From positions 61,132,001 through 61,196,000 of the forward strand of contig NW_027266264.1 of assembly GCF_022045235.1 (NCBI RefSeq): DNA of 64,000 nt, written 5' to 3'. Positions 25,528 through 39,600 of this stretch are shown here, one piece after another; the first letter of the stretch is position 1; every line of letters starts with the position of its first letter. The stretch comes from Haliotis cracherodii (taxonomy: Eukaryota). The notes under the pieces were generated by a model. The model ran no database searches. It had not been told where the DNA came from and saw only the letters and a program-made list of their open reading frames with translations. The position numbers were made by a program, and so were the translations under genes.

Positions 25528-26647
25528 CTTTTGTGCAACATAGCAACACCACCCCTCATCCCCGACCCACTAACCCACCCACTTTACAGGGTTTATCCAC
25601 TGATGTCAGTTTTCTTGTTAACTTTGAAAACTTCACAAAGTGAAAGACACTTATCATCTTATTGCAAGCAGTTCGGATCATTAACGTTCATAAAAAAAAC
25701 ATATTTTACAATAAAAGCGACAAAGCGCTTTCGATAATTATAAACAATGCTTGCTAAAAGCAGAAAAGCAGAGACCAGTGTAGGATTCCGACTGTATCAT
25801 GGGCATGTGTTTTTGAATCACTGTCAAAAAATGAGCATCCTGCCCCTCCGGTGGCTCCCATTACAAAACATTATCAAAATCAAACGTGAAGTGTGTTACA
25901 AATCATGTGGGAAAAAGTGAGACACAAAACACGCTAACGATGTACACCGCACACCCCGACGTTGGGAGTAACATTGTATATACCTGCGCTTCATGTTTAC
26001 ATGTAGTTGATACACTGAGCTATAAGGCCTCGGACATATGCAGGTGATCTCTGTAGAACAGGAATGCTTGAACATGCACCACCCCCATCACAGGTGTCCG
26101 GGGGTGCGTTTAGACCTGGGGGTACTGTGCGCCATGGTCGGCATCAAAGGTATATGCACTGACCTGCAGGCAAGGCGGAATATCAATGGGTTATCGTTAC
26201 ATTCATTCCAAGTCTTACATAACGTGAATGGAAGTCTCCCTGTGTGTCGCTGCAGTGGGGTTGTGAGTGCGGAGTATTTTTGGAAACTGCCAGGTATAAT
26301 CATAGTTATAACAGGTGTGGAATATGGTTGGGAGTGTTACACCCATCAACGCCGTCTCCCCAGGCTGGTTCCAACCTACAACATAAGCAGTTGTTTCATA
26401 TATCACCTTTGTTCGGGCCCAGCTGACAGTGAGATCGTAATATTGACTCTTATGTTTCCCAAAATAATAAACAAGACGAATTGATACTTTTACAAAATGT
26501 TTTCCGTACGTGTTCCGTTGAACGTATATGAAAGGGTTTTATAAATATTTTTCAGTTATAAAACGTTATTGTCAGCACGAATGGTAAATGTTTTGTCGTC
26601 ATGTCAAATGTCGAATTGGAGGTAGCTCACCATAGATATGTAGAGAT

Positions 26648-26855
26648 AAACTGCCGGACAAAAAAATAAATTTGACCAAAAACTTACAAACGTTGTCACA
26701 ACGTTACTAGGTTGAAAACACTACAAACCTAAGGTCTGAAACACAACTATAATACACAAATCAAATCTATTACGATCGAATAACCATTTCTTGTTTGATT
26801 CATTTTTAGCCAACATAAAAAAATGTGTGTATACATTCTATTGCCCGACCGTTTA
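26648..26855 (+). mobile_element. Tc1-type MITE family (related copies near 4760-4942, 34022-34570, 49380-49597)
   Basis: Ends TAAACTGCCGG(A/G)CAAAA / TTGCCCG(G)CAGT(G/T)TA; shared core AACGTTACTAGG(T/C)TGAAAACA..GAATAACCATT. Confidence 0.7.
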
Positions 26856-27026
26856 AAAACAGACAGCGACAAATAGCATCGTCTTAGGTCAGAACAATAA
26901 CTCACGGAATATACTGGAAGTATGCAATGGTTTTACCTGTTATTTAAGCCACACGTAAGAGATTTTCCAGAACGAGACAAAAACAAATAGAACTCCGTTA
27001 GGAGGAACATATTAACGACACAAATA

Positions 27027-27032
<6 letters not shown>

Positions 27033-27060
<28 letters not shown>

Positions 27061-27101
27061 ATCATTCAAGTGTTTAAAAAATGAAAAAAAAAAAAAAAAA
27101 A
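27033..27101. repeat. Poly-G (28 nt) followed by poly-A about 0.5 kb upstream of the ARRDC start codon
   Basis: G run 27033-27060; A run 27084-27101; another long G run near 7000-7026. Confidence 0.9.
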
Positions 27102-27551
27102 GTTTGTTCTTGTTGGTTCGTTGTTGAACGTTAAGAAGAAGTGAAGTAAAACAAAGACCGGGTCACAAAAATAATGGAAACTTGGTCACGATAAAAACTA
27201 AATCATAGTGGGAAAGTAACAATGTTCGTAACCCTCGTGGACAGCACTGGTTTCATACCTGACTTGTTTCTCCCATGCATGCACCTCATTAACAGCTCGC
27301 ATCATAAACAGTTGTCATGATTACGAGAAATAGTCGGAGTGATCTCCCCCTGCCAGAAGCATCAGGACACATTTTGAGGACTTGGTCCTGCTGATGTGCC
27401 AGAGGGGAGAAGTCAGAAGTAGAGCGGCTACTATTTCTAGAGTACCCATGTACGGGAGGTAGACAACACAGAGGGATGCTGCTTGCGAGCGTCTCTGCTG
27501 CCAGGCTCAGTGCTCTCTGCACGTGATGAGAGAAGGAACGTTACACTCAAC

Positions 27552-27669
27552 ATGGGCAAACTTAAAGAGTTCAGTATCACCTTTGACAACAGTAAAGGAG
27601 TTTACTTTGCAGGGGAAGTGCTCAGGGGTCAGATTACCGTGGACCTGAATGAGCCCATGAAAATGAGAG
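27552..27669 (+). CDS. ARRDC: ARRDC coding exon 1 (MGKLKEFSITFDNSKGVYFAGEVLRGQITVDLNEPMKMR)
   Basis: ATG in AACATGG context; typical alpha-arrestin N-terminus; donor G|GTAAGT at 27670. Confidence 0.92.
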
Positions 27670-30600
27670 GTAAGTTATGGATATCGTTTTATTCAACATA
27701 ATCATTTGAGGAGCAATGATGTGGTATTGCAGCAGTACCTATTGCTATGGTTATTTGTGACGTATTGTGATGAGTGGTATGAAAGCCAGATGCTGATTAT
27801 CCGATCAGTTTTCTAACACGTTCCCTCGACCAAATTAGTACAGGTAATACACAGCCCTTCAGAAAGACGTATCATGGGAATGACAATACAACCAGCCAGC
27901 GTTGTTGGGAAGATGATCCCCTCATGTTTTGATCGTTAAAGCTTGCATCACTTGGCTCTCCAGCCCAATGGTATGTCAGTAGGGGCACATTAAACACTCA
28001 CTCCGTTAACATATACCACTGCATACACTTCCATTATGTGGAGAAGCCAACGGCAACAATGTATAAACCCAGTGGCATCCATGTCAAAGGTCATACAAGT
28101 GAGGAGAAAGCTGTCGGCTGGCAGGTATTGATAGGTCTGCACAGAACGGGAAAACATATGGCTTTGGTCATAAACACATTCTTACACACATATCGAAAGC
28201 AATTCTTGATAAAAGACACTGATAACGACTTACTCTTTTAATGTTGCTACTTTATTAGAAATGTCAGAGCAGTGGGTATTCCAAGCAGAAGGTGTTTATT
28301 TGCCTTGTAATGTGTCTCACATATGTACCTCGTATATCAAAGAGGGACTTAAGAAGATTTCCGGTTTCCGACAATAAATCTCTACCGTGTGTATTTCGAC
28401 TCATGCATGTATTACAACAACATGAGACTACAGCTATCAATCACTTGACGGTGAAATATCTCCTTGGTTTTGTGACAACTGGGTTTATGGAGCCGAGAGG
28501 GTAGTGTTACTAATGGGGATTACTTGATCAATTTAACATAGAAACAAAATTCAAAATTGTTAAATATCTTCTGTTTCATTTTCCCCTTTTCCTAGAAATA
28601 GATGCCCGGATTTGGGGGAACGAAAGATAACCACAAACACTCAAGGAACCATATTAATTGTACTAGTACATAAATTCAGGAAATAAATGAACCGCTTGAA
28701 TACCACTGCACCCACTGGTTGTAGCGTCAACTGTATCTTCGGACTGTCCTTTCAGTGCGTAGAGGAAGGTTCGGATATACAACGTCGGGTCTCATGACCG
28801 TCCGAGATGAGTTGCCGGACTAACGAAGCACTTCTAGGCATACCCCAGTAAAATAAAGTAAATTCCTGTCTATATTTACCTTGATATGAGGACCGAGCTT
28901 CCGAGGAGGAGCGCATCATCGCCTAGTGTTATCAACAGTTTTCGCCTATGCTGCAGGGGCAACGAGCATGTGTTGTTGAATGTCACATAGTATTGGTGGT
29001 GGGAACGGTTCGTGTTTTGCTGTGGCTGTGACTCGGTATGCAGGACATCTGGTCTCATTGTTTTCGGGTTGCCGTACCTAGTCACAGTTCTTACAGTTTT
29101 GGTACACGTCCACTGTCTTGTATTTCACCAGCCTAATTTTAGCATGTTTCCATCATATATTCTTATCTCTATTCACGGTGTCGTCGGGGGAGGAAATGCT
29201 TCTTTGTAATCGGGTGGTGGCAGGACTTTCATATTCATTCATCCGTTCAGGGAACAATATGACGTGTCCTCTAGCTCAGCCAGGGAACGACAGGACGTTC
29301 TTTTTCATCAAAGTATTTGGGAACGATAACACTAAGATATCGCTCAAAGTCTTTTCAGGGAACGATAGGACTGTTCCTATACTGCCATCGGGGAAATATA
29401 GGACGCTCTCATCCTGCAGAATCGGGGCTGTCGGGTAGCCTAGTGGTTAAAGCGTTCGCTCGTCACGCCGAAGACCCGGGTTCGATTCCCGACATGGGTA
29501 CAATATGTGGAGCCCATTTCTGGTGTCCCCCGCCGTGATATTGCTGGAATATTGCTAAAAGCAGCGTAAAACCATACTCACTCACTCACTCACTCACTCA
29601 CTCACTCACTCACTCACTCCTGCAGAATCTTCAGAGAATGACAGGACAAACGCTTTAGTGCCGTCAAGGAACCATAGGACGTATCCTCTCATGTCTTTAG
29701 TGAACGATAGGGCCTTCTTATACTTCGTAGTTTTCAGGAAATGATATGACTTATCCTCTCGTGCCATCAGGGAAAGATAGGACGTATCTTCTTCTGACAT
29801 CAGGGACAGATAGGACGTATCTTCTTGTGACATCAGGGAAAGTTAGGACGTATCTTCTTGTGCCAACAGGAAACGATATGACTTATCGTCTAGTGCCATC
29901 AGAGAAAGATAGGACGTATCTTCTAGTGATATCAGGGAATGATATGACTTATCCTATAGTGCCATCAGGGACAGATAGGACGTATCTTCTTGTGACATCA
30001 GGGAAAGATAGGACGTATCTTCTTGTGCCATCAGAGAAAGATAGGACGTATCTTCTTGTGCCAACAGGAAACGATATGAATTATCGTCTAGTGTCATCAG
30101 GGAAAGATAGGACGTATCTTCTTGTACCATCAGGGAAAGATAGGACGTATCTTCTTGTGCCAACAGGAAACGATATGACTTATCGTCTAGTGCCATCAGG
30201 GAAAGATAGGACGTATCTTCTTGTGACATCAGGGAAAGATAGGACGTATCTTCTTGTGCCATCAGGGAAAGATAGGACGTATCTTCTTGTGACATCAGGA
30301 GAGATAGGACGTATCTTCTTGTGCCATCAGGGAAAGATAGGACGTATCTTCTAGTTATCAGGGAAAGATAGGACGTATCTCCTTGTGACATCAGGAAAGT
30401 TAGGACGTATCTTCTTGTGCCAACAGGAAACGATATGACTTATCGTCTAGTGCCATCAGAGAAAGATAGGACGTATCTTCTTGTGATATCAGGGAACGAT
30501 ATGACTTATACTATAGTGCCATCAGGGAAAGATAGGACGTATCTTCATGTGACATCAGGGAAAGATAGGACGTATTTTCTTGTACCATCAGGGAAAGATA

Positions 30601-33600
30601 GGACGTATCTTCTTGTGCCAACAGGAAACGATATGACTTATCCTCTCGTGCCATCAGAGAAAAATAGGACGTATCTTCTTGTGACATCAGGGAACGATAT
30701 GACTTATCCTCTCGTGCCATGAGAGAAAGATAGGACGTATCCTCTCGTGCCATCATGGAAAGATAGGACGTATCTTCTTGTTACACCAGGAAACGATATC
30801 ACTTATCTTCTAATGCCATCAGAGAACGATAGGACGTATCTTCTTGTGACACCAGACCGCCTCTGTGGTCTAGTGGTAGAGCGTCCGCCCGGAGAGCGGA
30901 AGGTCAAGGGTTCGATCCCCGACCGCGTCATACCAAAAGACGTCAAAAGATGGTACTTGTTGTTACCCTGTCTGGCGCTCGGCATTAAGGGGCTAAAACA
31001 AGGACTGGTCGGCTCGGAGTCAGTATACTGTGTCTGAGTGGGGTATTCATGTTAAACTGTGGCATGGTATCTCAGTGAGCTAGCACTATAAATCGACATC
31101 AGTCCGGACTAGTACAAGCAGCCACACAAACACACACACGTACATGCACGTCGCTATATAAGTGCAATAATCTTGGACGCGACGTTAAACCCCATTTCAC
31201 CTCACCTCTTTTGACATCAGGGAACGATACGACTTATCCTCTCGTGCCATCAGAGAAAGATAGGACTTCTCTTCTAGTTCCATCAGGGAAAGATAGGACT
31301 TCTCTTCTTGTGACATCATGGAACGATATGACTTATCCTCTCGTGCCATCAGAGAAAGATAGGACGTGTCTTCTTGTGACATCAGGGAACGATATAGCTT
31401 ATCCTCTCTTGCCAACAGAGAAGATAGGACTTCTCTTCTTGTGCCACCAGGAAACGATATGACTTATCCTCATTTGTCATCAGGGAAAGATAGGACGTAT
31501 CTTCTAATGCCAACAACAAAACGATGTGACTTATGCTCTGGTGCCATCAGGGAAAGATAGGACGTATCTTCTTGTGACATCAGGGAACGATAGGACCTTC
31601 TTATACTTCAGAGTGTTCAGAGAACGATATGACCTATCATCTAGTGCCAGCAGGAAATGAGAGGAAATACCCTCTAGTGCCACTGGGAAATGATATGACT
31701 TATCCACTAGTCCGGTATCGATAGGACCTTCTGATACTTCAAATTTTTCATGTATTGTGTGTGTAGAACGGACATGTTGTCATCCACAATAGCAACACCA
31801 CAAAAAAATAATTTACAATTATGAGCCTAAATACTTTTAAACATTTTCAAAAAATCGCATCTTCTTCTTCAGAATCGTTATGGGATGCTAGGACTCTCTT
31901 CTCATTAGGGATCGTTAGGGATCTATATATCACCAGGGAACGATAGGGCTCTCTTCTTCTTCAGAATCTTTAGGGGGCGATAAGACTCTCTTCCTATTCA
32001 GAATCTTCAGGGAACGATAGTAATCTTTTCTCATGCAATATCATTAGGGAACGATAGGTCTCTCTTCTATTTCAGAATCTTTAAGGGTCGATAGGGCTCT
32101 CTTCTCCTTCAGAATGTCTCGGGAACGATAGGACTCTCTTCTTCTTCAGAATATTTGGGGAACTATAGGATTATCTTCTTCTTCTTCGGTATCGTCAGAG
32201 ACCTTTATTACTCTCTTATCATGCAATGTAATCAGCTTACGAGAGATCTCTTCGCCTTCAGAATCCTTAAAGAAAGATCTGATTATCTCCTGCTTCAGAA
32301 TCTTTTGGTAAGATAGGATTCTCTTCTTCTTCATAATCTTAAGGGAACGACATGATTCTCTCTTCTTCAGAATCTTCAGGGAACGAAATGACTCTCCTAT
32401 TTTTCAGTATCATCATGGAAACATATGACTTATCCTGTAGTGCGTCAGGAACCAATGTGACACACTTATCCTGCTGATTCATCGGAGTATGATGTGACTT
32501 ATCCTTTATTGTCATTGGGGAACGATATATACGGGGGCTGATTTGACTCTCTTATCCTTCAGTGTTAACGGGAACAGATAAGACTTCATCATGGGGTCTT
32601 TTTAACTGCATTTTCGTGTTGCAACGCGTGGAACTGTTCATACAGGTTAATGCCACTGCCACCGTCAGAGCACAGCAGTAGCTATTAAGGGTGCTTTTCC
32701 GATGTTTATGATGAGGTTTAATAATTGAAAGTTGATCTTATAAGATGAGTTGGACTTTCACAACGTATCTATCTACTTTTTTATTTGCATGTGAACCCGT
32801 TGTGCGAGTTGGCTATCCGGCTTCTCACTACGGCGAGAGGTGATTACGTACACCCCGGTTCTTCAAAACAGATGTGTTTATATCTTCACGATAAAAACAA
32901 CTGTCTACTCGATGCTTTTCTGTGTCATACTAAATACGTTTATCATAAACATGTTTTTTTTATTTCCTGTAAACATTTGATAGCATCAGCCAATGCTTGA
33001 GCAAAAGAGAAAACTATACTAAAATGTCTCTCGAGCATTACTCGGCTTGACAACTACTCATTAAGAAGTTAAAAGAACATCCGATTTATTTAAATAATCT
33101 TTCACGGCTGGTGGACATTGCAACACATAACCATCCATTTGTGGATGGTCTTAAATGTTTGTACATCTATTTTGGTTTATCAATATGATTAATATAAATA
33201 AGGCGTATCAGCTGTATATGGGAGGGAAAATATGATACAGGGTAATGTGATACAGATCCTTGACATTTGATGTAGGTGCTGACAAACCAAGCATCCAAAT
33301 CAGGCGTATCTTGGATTCAAACCCTGGACCATCGGGGTCAGGTACAACTACGTGTTGCAAGTATGCACATGGAACTATGGAGCTGATAGATGTAATATTA
33401 ACATTCTAATAGAAGATAATGGCGATTCTGAACTTGCGCGAGTGAGTGTATGATTATGTATTTTGCGTCTTTTAGCAATATTGCAACCATTTCCAAATAA
33501 GGGACAAAGGGCTTCACGCATTGTACTTATGTGGGGTTTCGAATCCAGGTGCTTGACGAGCGAGCGTTCATATCACTAGGATACACCATCTCATCTCAGG

Positions 33601-36600
33601 TAGTTGAGAAACTACATGTTTGAAACGTCAACACGTATATCAGGGGCAGCATGTGCATCTCATTATAAACAAGTTTAGATGACCAGGTCTTTGAAAGGTT
33701 TTATACACATAAGGAAGAGAATATATGTATGTCAATTTTTTTTATTATGAGGAACACAACGTTTCGGAGTATATGCTCACCTGATGAAGGAGTAAGCATA
33801 TACTCCGAAACGTTGTGTTCCTCATAATAAAGAAGTTGACATCCATATATTCTCTTCCTTAAGTTTAGTTGACGTAATCTTGTGATAAAGATGTCCGTTC
33901 TTCATATCCGGCTCGATATCACATAAACCATGTTTTGTTTCCCTTTTTGGATTCGTTGGTACATTGCTAAAACATGCGTAATAGTACCCTCGCTCACCAA
34001 GTACTCATTGAAATGAAAAAATAAACTGCCGGGCAAAAGGAAGTGTACACTTGAAAATGGATTTGACCAAAAAATACAAACGTCATTAAACCTTACAGGC
34101 ATAAAACCGTCGCCCAAACACTGCAAACTTAAGATCTAAAAACATAATGAAACAAATACACAAATTAGTCTAGTAACTAAAATCAATTTCCCATGCTAAC
34201 CTTGCTTTTGAGGCCACACGGTGTTTTATTGCTGATTTTATAACTTTAAGATATGTAGATCAAGAAACAACTGGTGCCAACTTGATACCCTTGAGGATTA
34301 TGATTAAAATGTGTTTTAAATATACCCTTGGAATTTCGAAACCCTCAAGGGTGCCAAAGTGGCATCCATTAGTTGTGTTCATATGTAGTGCCTGAACAAA
34401 TGAAATCATGCAAAAACAACTGTGGGACCTAAATTGCAAGGTCGTGTCAACATTCTGCCGGACTAGTATCACATATGTATCACAATTGAATAACCATTCC
34501 TCATTTGTTTCATGTTTAGTCACCATCAAACATCGGTGTATACTTTCTTTTGCCAGGTAGTTTAGTATCGCCAACATTTATTTGTCATATTCAACGGGAA
34601 GATCCACACGTTTATGTCAAATAGCCCAAATGAAATACTATTTCATAGCTCGGATGTTTCAATACTGTATGAAAGTGTCATTCTCTGATAAACACGGGCA
34701 CCTGTCAGGTGTGCCGGGGTGAGTGCGTTCTCAGTTGAGAGATGATGCCTTCACTCCTTTCAAAGAAAACAACTGTCTCTATGGTGGTATCGTGTGTCTT
34801 ACTGAATTTGTGTTTTGCCAGTCATCATAATGAACATTTTTTTCTTCACTTCTCGGCAGCCTTCCAGCAGACAGAGATCATTATTCCCGAGACAAAAAAT
34901 ATCCAATATGTAGCACTACTGTTCTCAATACGTTATACTCCAGTGCTGTGTAGTGTCTTTGTTATCTGCGCTCCACGCCTATTCGTATGCCTGCTGAGTG
35001 AGTGAGTTTTATTTAACGCCGCTTTTAGCAACATTCCAGCAATATCTCAGCGGGGACACAAGAAATGGGCTTCACACATTGTACCCATGTCGGGAATCGA
35101 ATCCGGGTTTTCGGCGTGACGATATGCCTGCCGAGACTGATGTCATATCGGGTTAGTACCTGTGATAAGTTACATGAGTTTCGGCTGACATCACGGACCA
35201 CGCACACAGTGGTTGAAGAGGCGTGTTTGATCTCAAGTACATAGGACTATGTGTTTGTTACTGTGATCAGGCTTGTCTTTCTTCGCTGTGCTGTTACATT
35301 CCAATCCTAAAGTTAGCTCTCGTAATTTTTTGGGGGGCACGGATGGCCCAGTCGTCTATGGCGCCGAGATTCGCTGTGCAGAGTTGCGTCCCTTGGGCAC
35401 GCCAAAAATCTATGATTGTGGGTTCGAATCCCGCTTCGCCCCGATTATGTTTCTAGGTTTGTCAGCACCATACCCGTGCTCGTGGGTTTTACCGAAGTGG
35501 TAAACGTCTTAGACCTGCATCACTTCTGGCTTTCCTCCCACATTAAGATGACACGCCGTGGATCAACTGGAACACTGTTAAAAGCGGCGTTTAACCCATC
35601 TCACTCACTCACTCACTCACTTACTCGTAGTGTTTGTGACCATCTCCGTGGTCTGCCCGTAGAGCTGAAGGTCGGTGGTTCGATCCCCGGCCACGTCATA
35701 CCAAAAGACGTTAAATGGTGGTACTTGTGGTACCATTCCTGGTGTTTGGCAATAAGAGGTTGAAACAAGGATTGATCGGCTCGAGATCAGTATATTTTGT
35801 CAGAGTGGGTATTCACGTTACAGTGCGACGCCACAGCGGTATCTCAGTGGGCAAGCACTTTTAACCCGACGTTATTCCGAACTGGTTTAAACAGAAACAC
35901 ACATGCATGAACGCGACGTTAAACCCCATTTCATCACACCTCGATATGTTTAGGGGAGAGGGGATGTGGGGTCCAGTGGTTATTGTTCCGCAGTTGTACC
36001 AGGATCCGCTGATAGTCAGATTTGAATCCTAAATTGCCATGAATCATCATGAACATTGAAAACATGAACAAAACGGTACTAGTCAATAACCTTCATCGAA
36101 CATTGTATTTCTCCTCGAATTGCTGAACTTGTATGATGGTCGTGTGTGGCATTGTGAAGTCAACAATGTCCGGATAGCAGGGTTCACATTGTGACAAAAA
36201 CTTCAAGACCTATTCTCAATTATAAATTAGGTTTTTAACGAATCCACATTCAATACGATGACGTGTTTACGAGTCCTTCTTCACACTGACAGAACNNNNN
36301 NNNNNNNNNNNNNNNNNNNNNNNNNNNNNNNNNNNNNNNNNNNNNNNNNNNNNNNNNNNNNNNNNNNNNNNNNNNNNNNNNNNNNNNNNNNNNNNNNNNN
36401 NNNNNNNNNNNNNNNNNNNNNNNNNNNNNNNNNNNNNNNNNNNNNNNNNNNNNNNNNNNNNNNNNNNNNNNNNNNNNNNNNNNNNNNNNNNNNNNNNNNN
36501 NNNNNNNNNNNNNNAGACATTTCATTAAAGTATTAAAGTATCATTAATAGTGAAGTGTTTGAAGTGTGTGATGGACAGGAAATGCATTATAATTAGAAGT

Positions 36601-39600
36601 TCACTCACAACTTATCATTCGCTCTGACTACACTTATTATCTGACTCAGGTGAGATTCCCATCAGAACCATGCATGTCAATGCTTATTTTGGATCCTTTT
36701 TATTAAACTTGGAATGTGATGTTGTCAGCCAACAACTGCCAAGGTAAATTCAAAGTAAATTCTTCTTTTTTCATGCATGAACGTCAGATAAGTACTATTT
36801 CAAAAAATGTAGAATATGTAAACAGTTCTTCAAACGACTATGGTAGAATATGTGAAGTCAATTCGCCATGTCATGCCTAAAATAGTGCTTAAAGCGGAGT
36901 GAACCCTACTCCCTCACTCACCAACTTCACTGAATACGGACCCATGATGGTTACCTGTGCTGTCGAATCTTCTATAGAATGCAGGAGACAACACAGGACA
37001 TACGTATGGCCGAAGTAAACATTTTTGACTGAGGGGCAACCACGATGTGACAGTAAGACTCCACGCACAGCCGCCTTATCTTTCCTAATTGAACCCCTCA
37101 CCCCCACATTCTGGGAATATACTCATGCCTCCCATACTAACACTCCACTGACATACCGCCTCCCTGATGTATGTAGATGTAGCCGCCACTCTCCTGTATC
37201 AGTATTCATATGCGTTGTGCATGTTGTAATCAAGCATCCTCCACTGGCGGCCACTTGCTACGCGTACTGATGTATGTAAGTGTGTAGTTAACCTACGTGT
37301 AATACACGCGTATGCCGACTGCACTTTCACGTTCCCAGCACGCCCACACTGCCGAGTGTATTGTTGAAGGTCTGTACCGGTGCATAGCACACATTCTGAG
37401 TTTCCAGCTTAGTTTTATCATCGCCGTTTACAGGGCCCAGATGCAGCCGTAATTGTCAGTGTCAAAATTAACGCAAGAGCACAGCAGCTTGTAGAAAGTT
37501 ATTAATTATTATGGGGAACTAAATTTAGCAAGTACTACTAAGTCAGTCTGATAGGGTTGTATACTCCTTAGGGTGCTGAGAAAGAAAGTCGAGTGAAACT
37601 GATCCACTGACCAGGGTAATAATGGTGCTTGCTCTTTGATCATTAGTCAAGGGATGGTCTATAGTACATTACATATATCCAGTATTGTTATGTACAGATT
37701 CAAATAAAAAATGCCGCAAATAGAGTTTGGGTCATCCTGGCACAGTCAGGCTGGTTAGGCTCGTCATCAGATCAGGGCTGTTGCCCTCCTCTACACGCAG
37801 CCCAGACAGAGACTTCTCCTAGGAAGCGCTGCGTAGAATGTGAAGACTCCCCAACACTGCAGCCTTCCGCATTACCCAGATTGTCAGAAGGACTGCATTC
37901 CTGGTAGCAAATCCTGGTGCTCTCCCAATGTCTGTCAACAGGTTGGGAGGTACCAAACCTAAGGCGAGGTCTACATATTTGCCGTGTTTTCCCTGAATCT
38001 TGTCAATCACATTATTATTCGTAGTAGTATAGTTAGGGTGACCCTCATTTATAGTCATGGTTAGAGTGCAAACTGAGCAGACTCTCCTTAATAGTCACAG
38101 GCAGGGAACCAATTGTAAAACCGCTTTTACTTGAGCGTGTGTGAATATATGTGACGAGCATACCATAACCATTCCAACCTTAGCTCCCCAGGAGCTCGTT
38201 CCTCAAAGCTGTAGCAGCGCTATGGCTGGCTGTCTATGTTAAGATAAGGGACCTCAGGCATAAAGTTTTGGGTTTAAGAACCTAAGTGACTTAGATATCA
38301 CCGATATATTGTCATATAAGCAAAGATTTTGACCAGTAGTTTAGTCCTATCACTGTTTGTCAGTTTGATGTTGAAGGAACCTCCGACGTTATGCAGGTCT
38401 TACACATTTACCACTTTAGGTGAAAATGGGATCATATGATCCTGAACGTCTAAGGGAGGCAACCCCAAACAGCAAATTTTGGGCGGCTTAGATGGCCTGG
38501 CCACCACGGCCCCCTGCACGGGGAGGTCTCTATTGGTATACCCTTGTCTCCGTTGTGGAACACGACCCAAAAACTCCTGTCTGACAATATGACTGAACGG
38601 TTGATCCGGTCGACTCGATGAGGTGCGACCTGGGTGAGTCAGTGTATCATCGGACTCCGGCGACACTCAATATCAGTTCATCAGCCATCGGTTTGCCTGC
38701 ATAAAACTTATATATTCCTGTCTGAGATGTATACGGGGGCGGTCGGGTAGCCTAGTGGTTAAAGCGTTCGCTCGTCACGCCGAAGACCCGGGTTCGATTC
38801 CCGACATGGGTACAATGTGTCAAACCCATTTCTGGTGTCCCCCGCCGTCAGCAATCCTCTTACATACGTCACATTCCTTGCAAGGTAATTAATAAAACTG
38901 ACCAATTAATGAAAACACAAGAAACGTCTTGAGTGTCATGTAACCATATTAACTCACGTTGTTATTGTCAGCTAAATGCCTGCACTCTGGTTGAGTGGTA
39001 TAGTTAATCGCATCTGCCCACTCGTCTCACGTACGGGGACACGGGTGGCCCAGTCGTCTAAGGCGCCGAGATTCGCTGTGCAGAGTTGCGTCCCTTGGGC
39101 ACACCAGAAACCTATGATTGTGGGTTCGAATCCCGGTTCGCCTCGATTATGTTTCTAGGTTTGTCAGCACCATACCCGTGCTCGTGGATTTCACCAAAGT
39201 GGTAAACGTCTGAGACCTGCATCGCTTCTGGATTTCCTCCCACATTAAGCTGACACGCCGTGATATAACTGGAATATTGTTAAAAGCGGCGTTAAACCCA
39301 ACTCACTCACTCACTCACTCACTCACTCACTTCTCACGTACGTTTGTTGTTGATGTGGTCTCCTTGATACAAGGTAAGCAAGTGTACATGTGTTTTGTGG
39401 CGCGAGTTTATGTTTGGTCCATCTGTTCTTCTTTGTCTGATGTTGAAGGTAAACAATAGCTTACTGTTTCTAGAAATAGTTCATGGGCGAGTGCTGGTAG
39501 ACCATCGTTGCAGTAGCAGCGCCTACTGAAATGTGTTTCATGTCAGGTTTGTACATCTTTGAAAAATTGTTTCCAACACTGAGAGGAAATTTCCCAGACA

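Larger units (their letters stand above)
29235..32580. repeat. 33-bp minisatellite, grading into a diverged ~35-bp variant after ~31860
   Basis: Unit CATCAGGGAAAGATAGGACGTATCTTCTTGTGC; lies in ARRDC intron 1. Confidence 0.95.

Noticed and set aside
26038-26484. 148-aa ORF upstream of ARRDC
   Set aside because: No domain similarity or splice support; overlapping ORFs on both strands suggest chance.
27500-27535. Carbohydrate response element like those of TXNIP/ARRDC4
   Set aside because: Only one CACGTG; no second E-box at 5-bp spacing.
29746-30722. 202-aa and 101-aa ORFs with (PSGKDRTYLLV)n repeats
   Set aside because: The 33-bp unit is a multiple of 3, so frames stay open by chance on both strands. 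The array is intronic, frameshifted and interrupted by SINEs.
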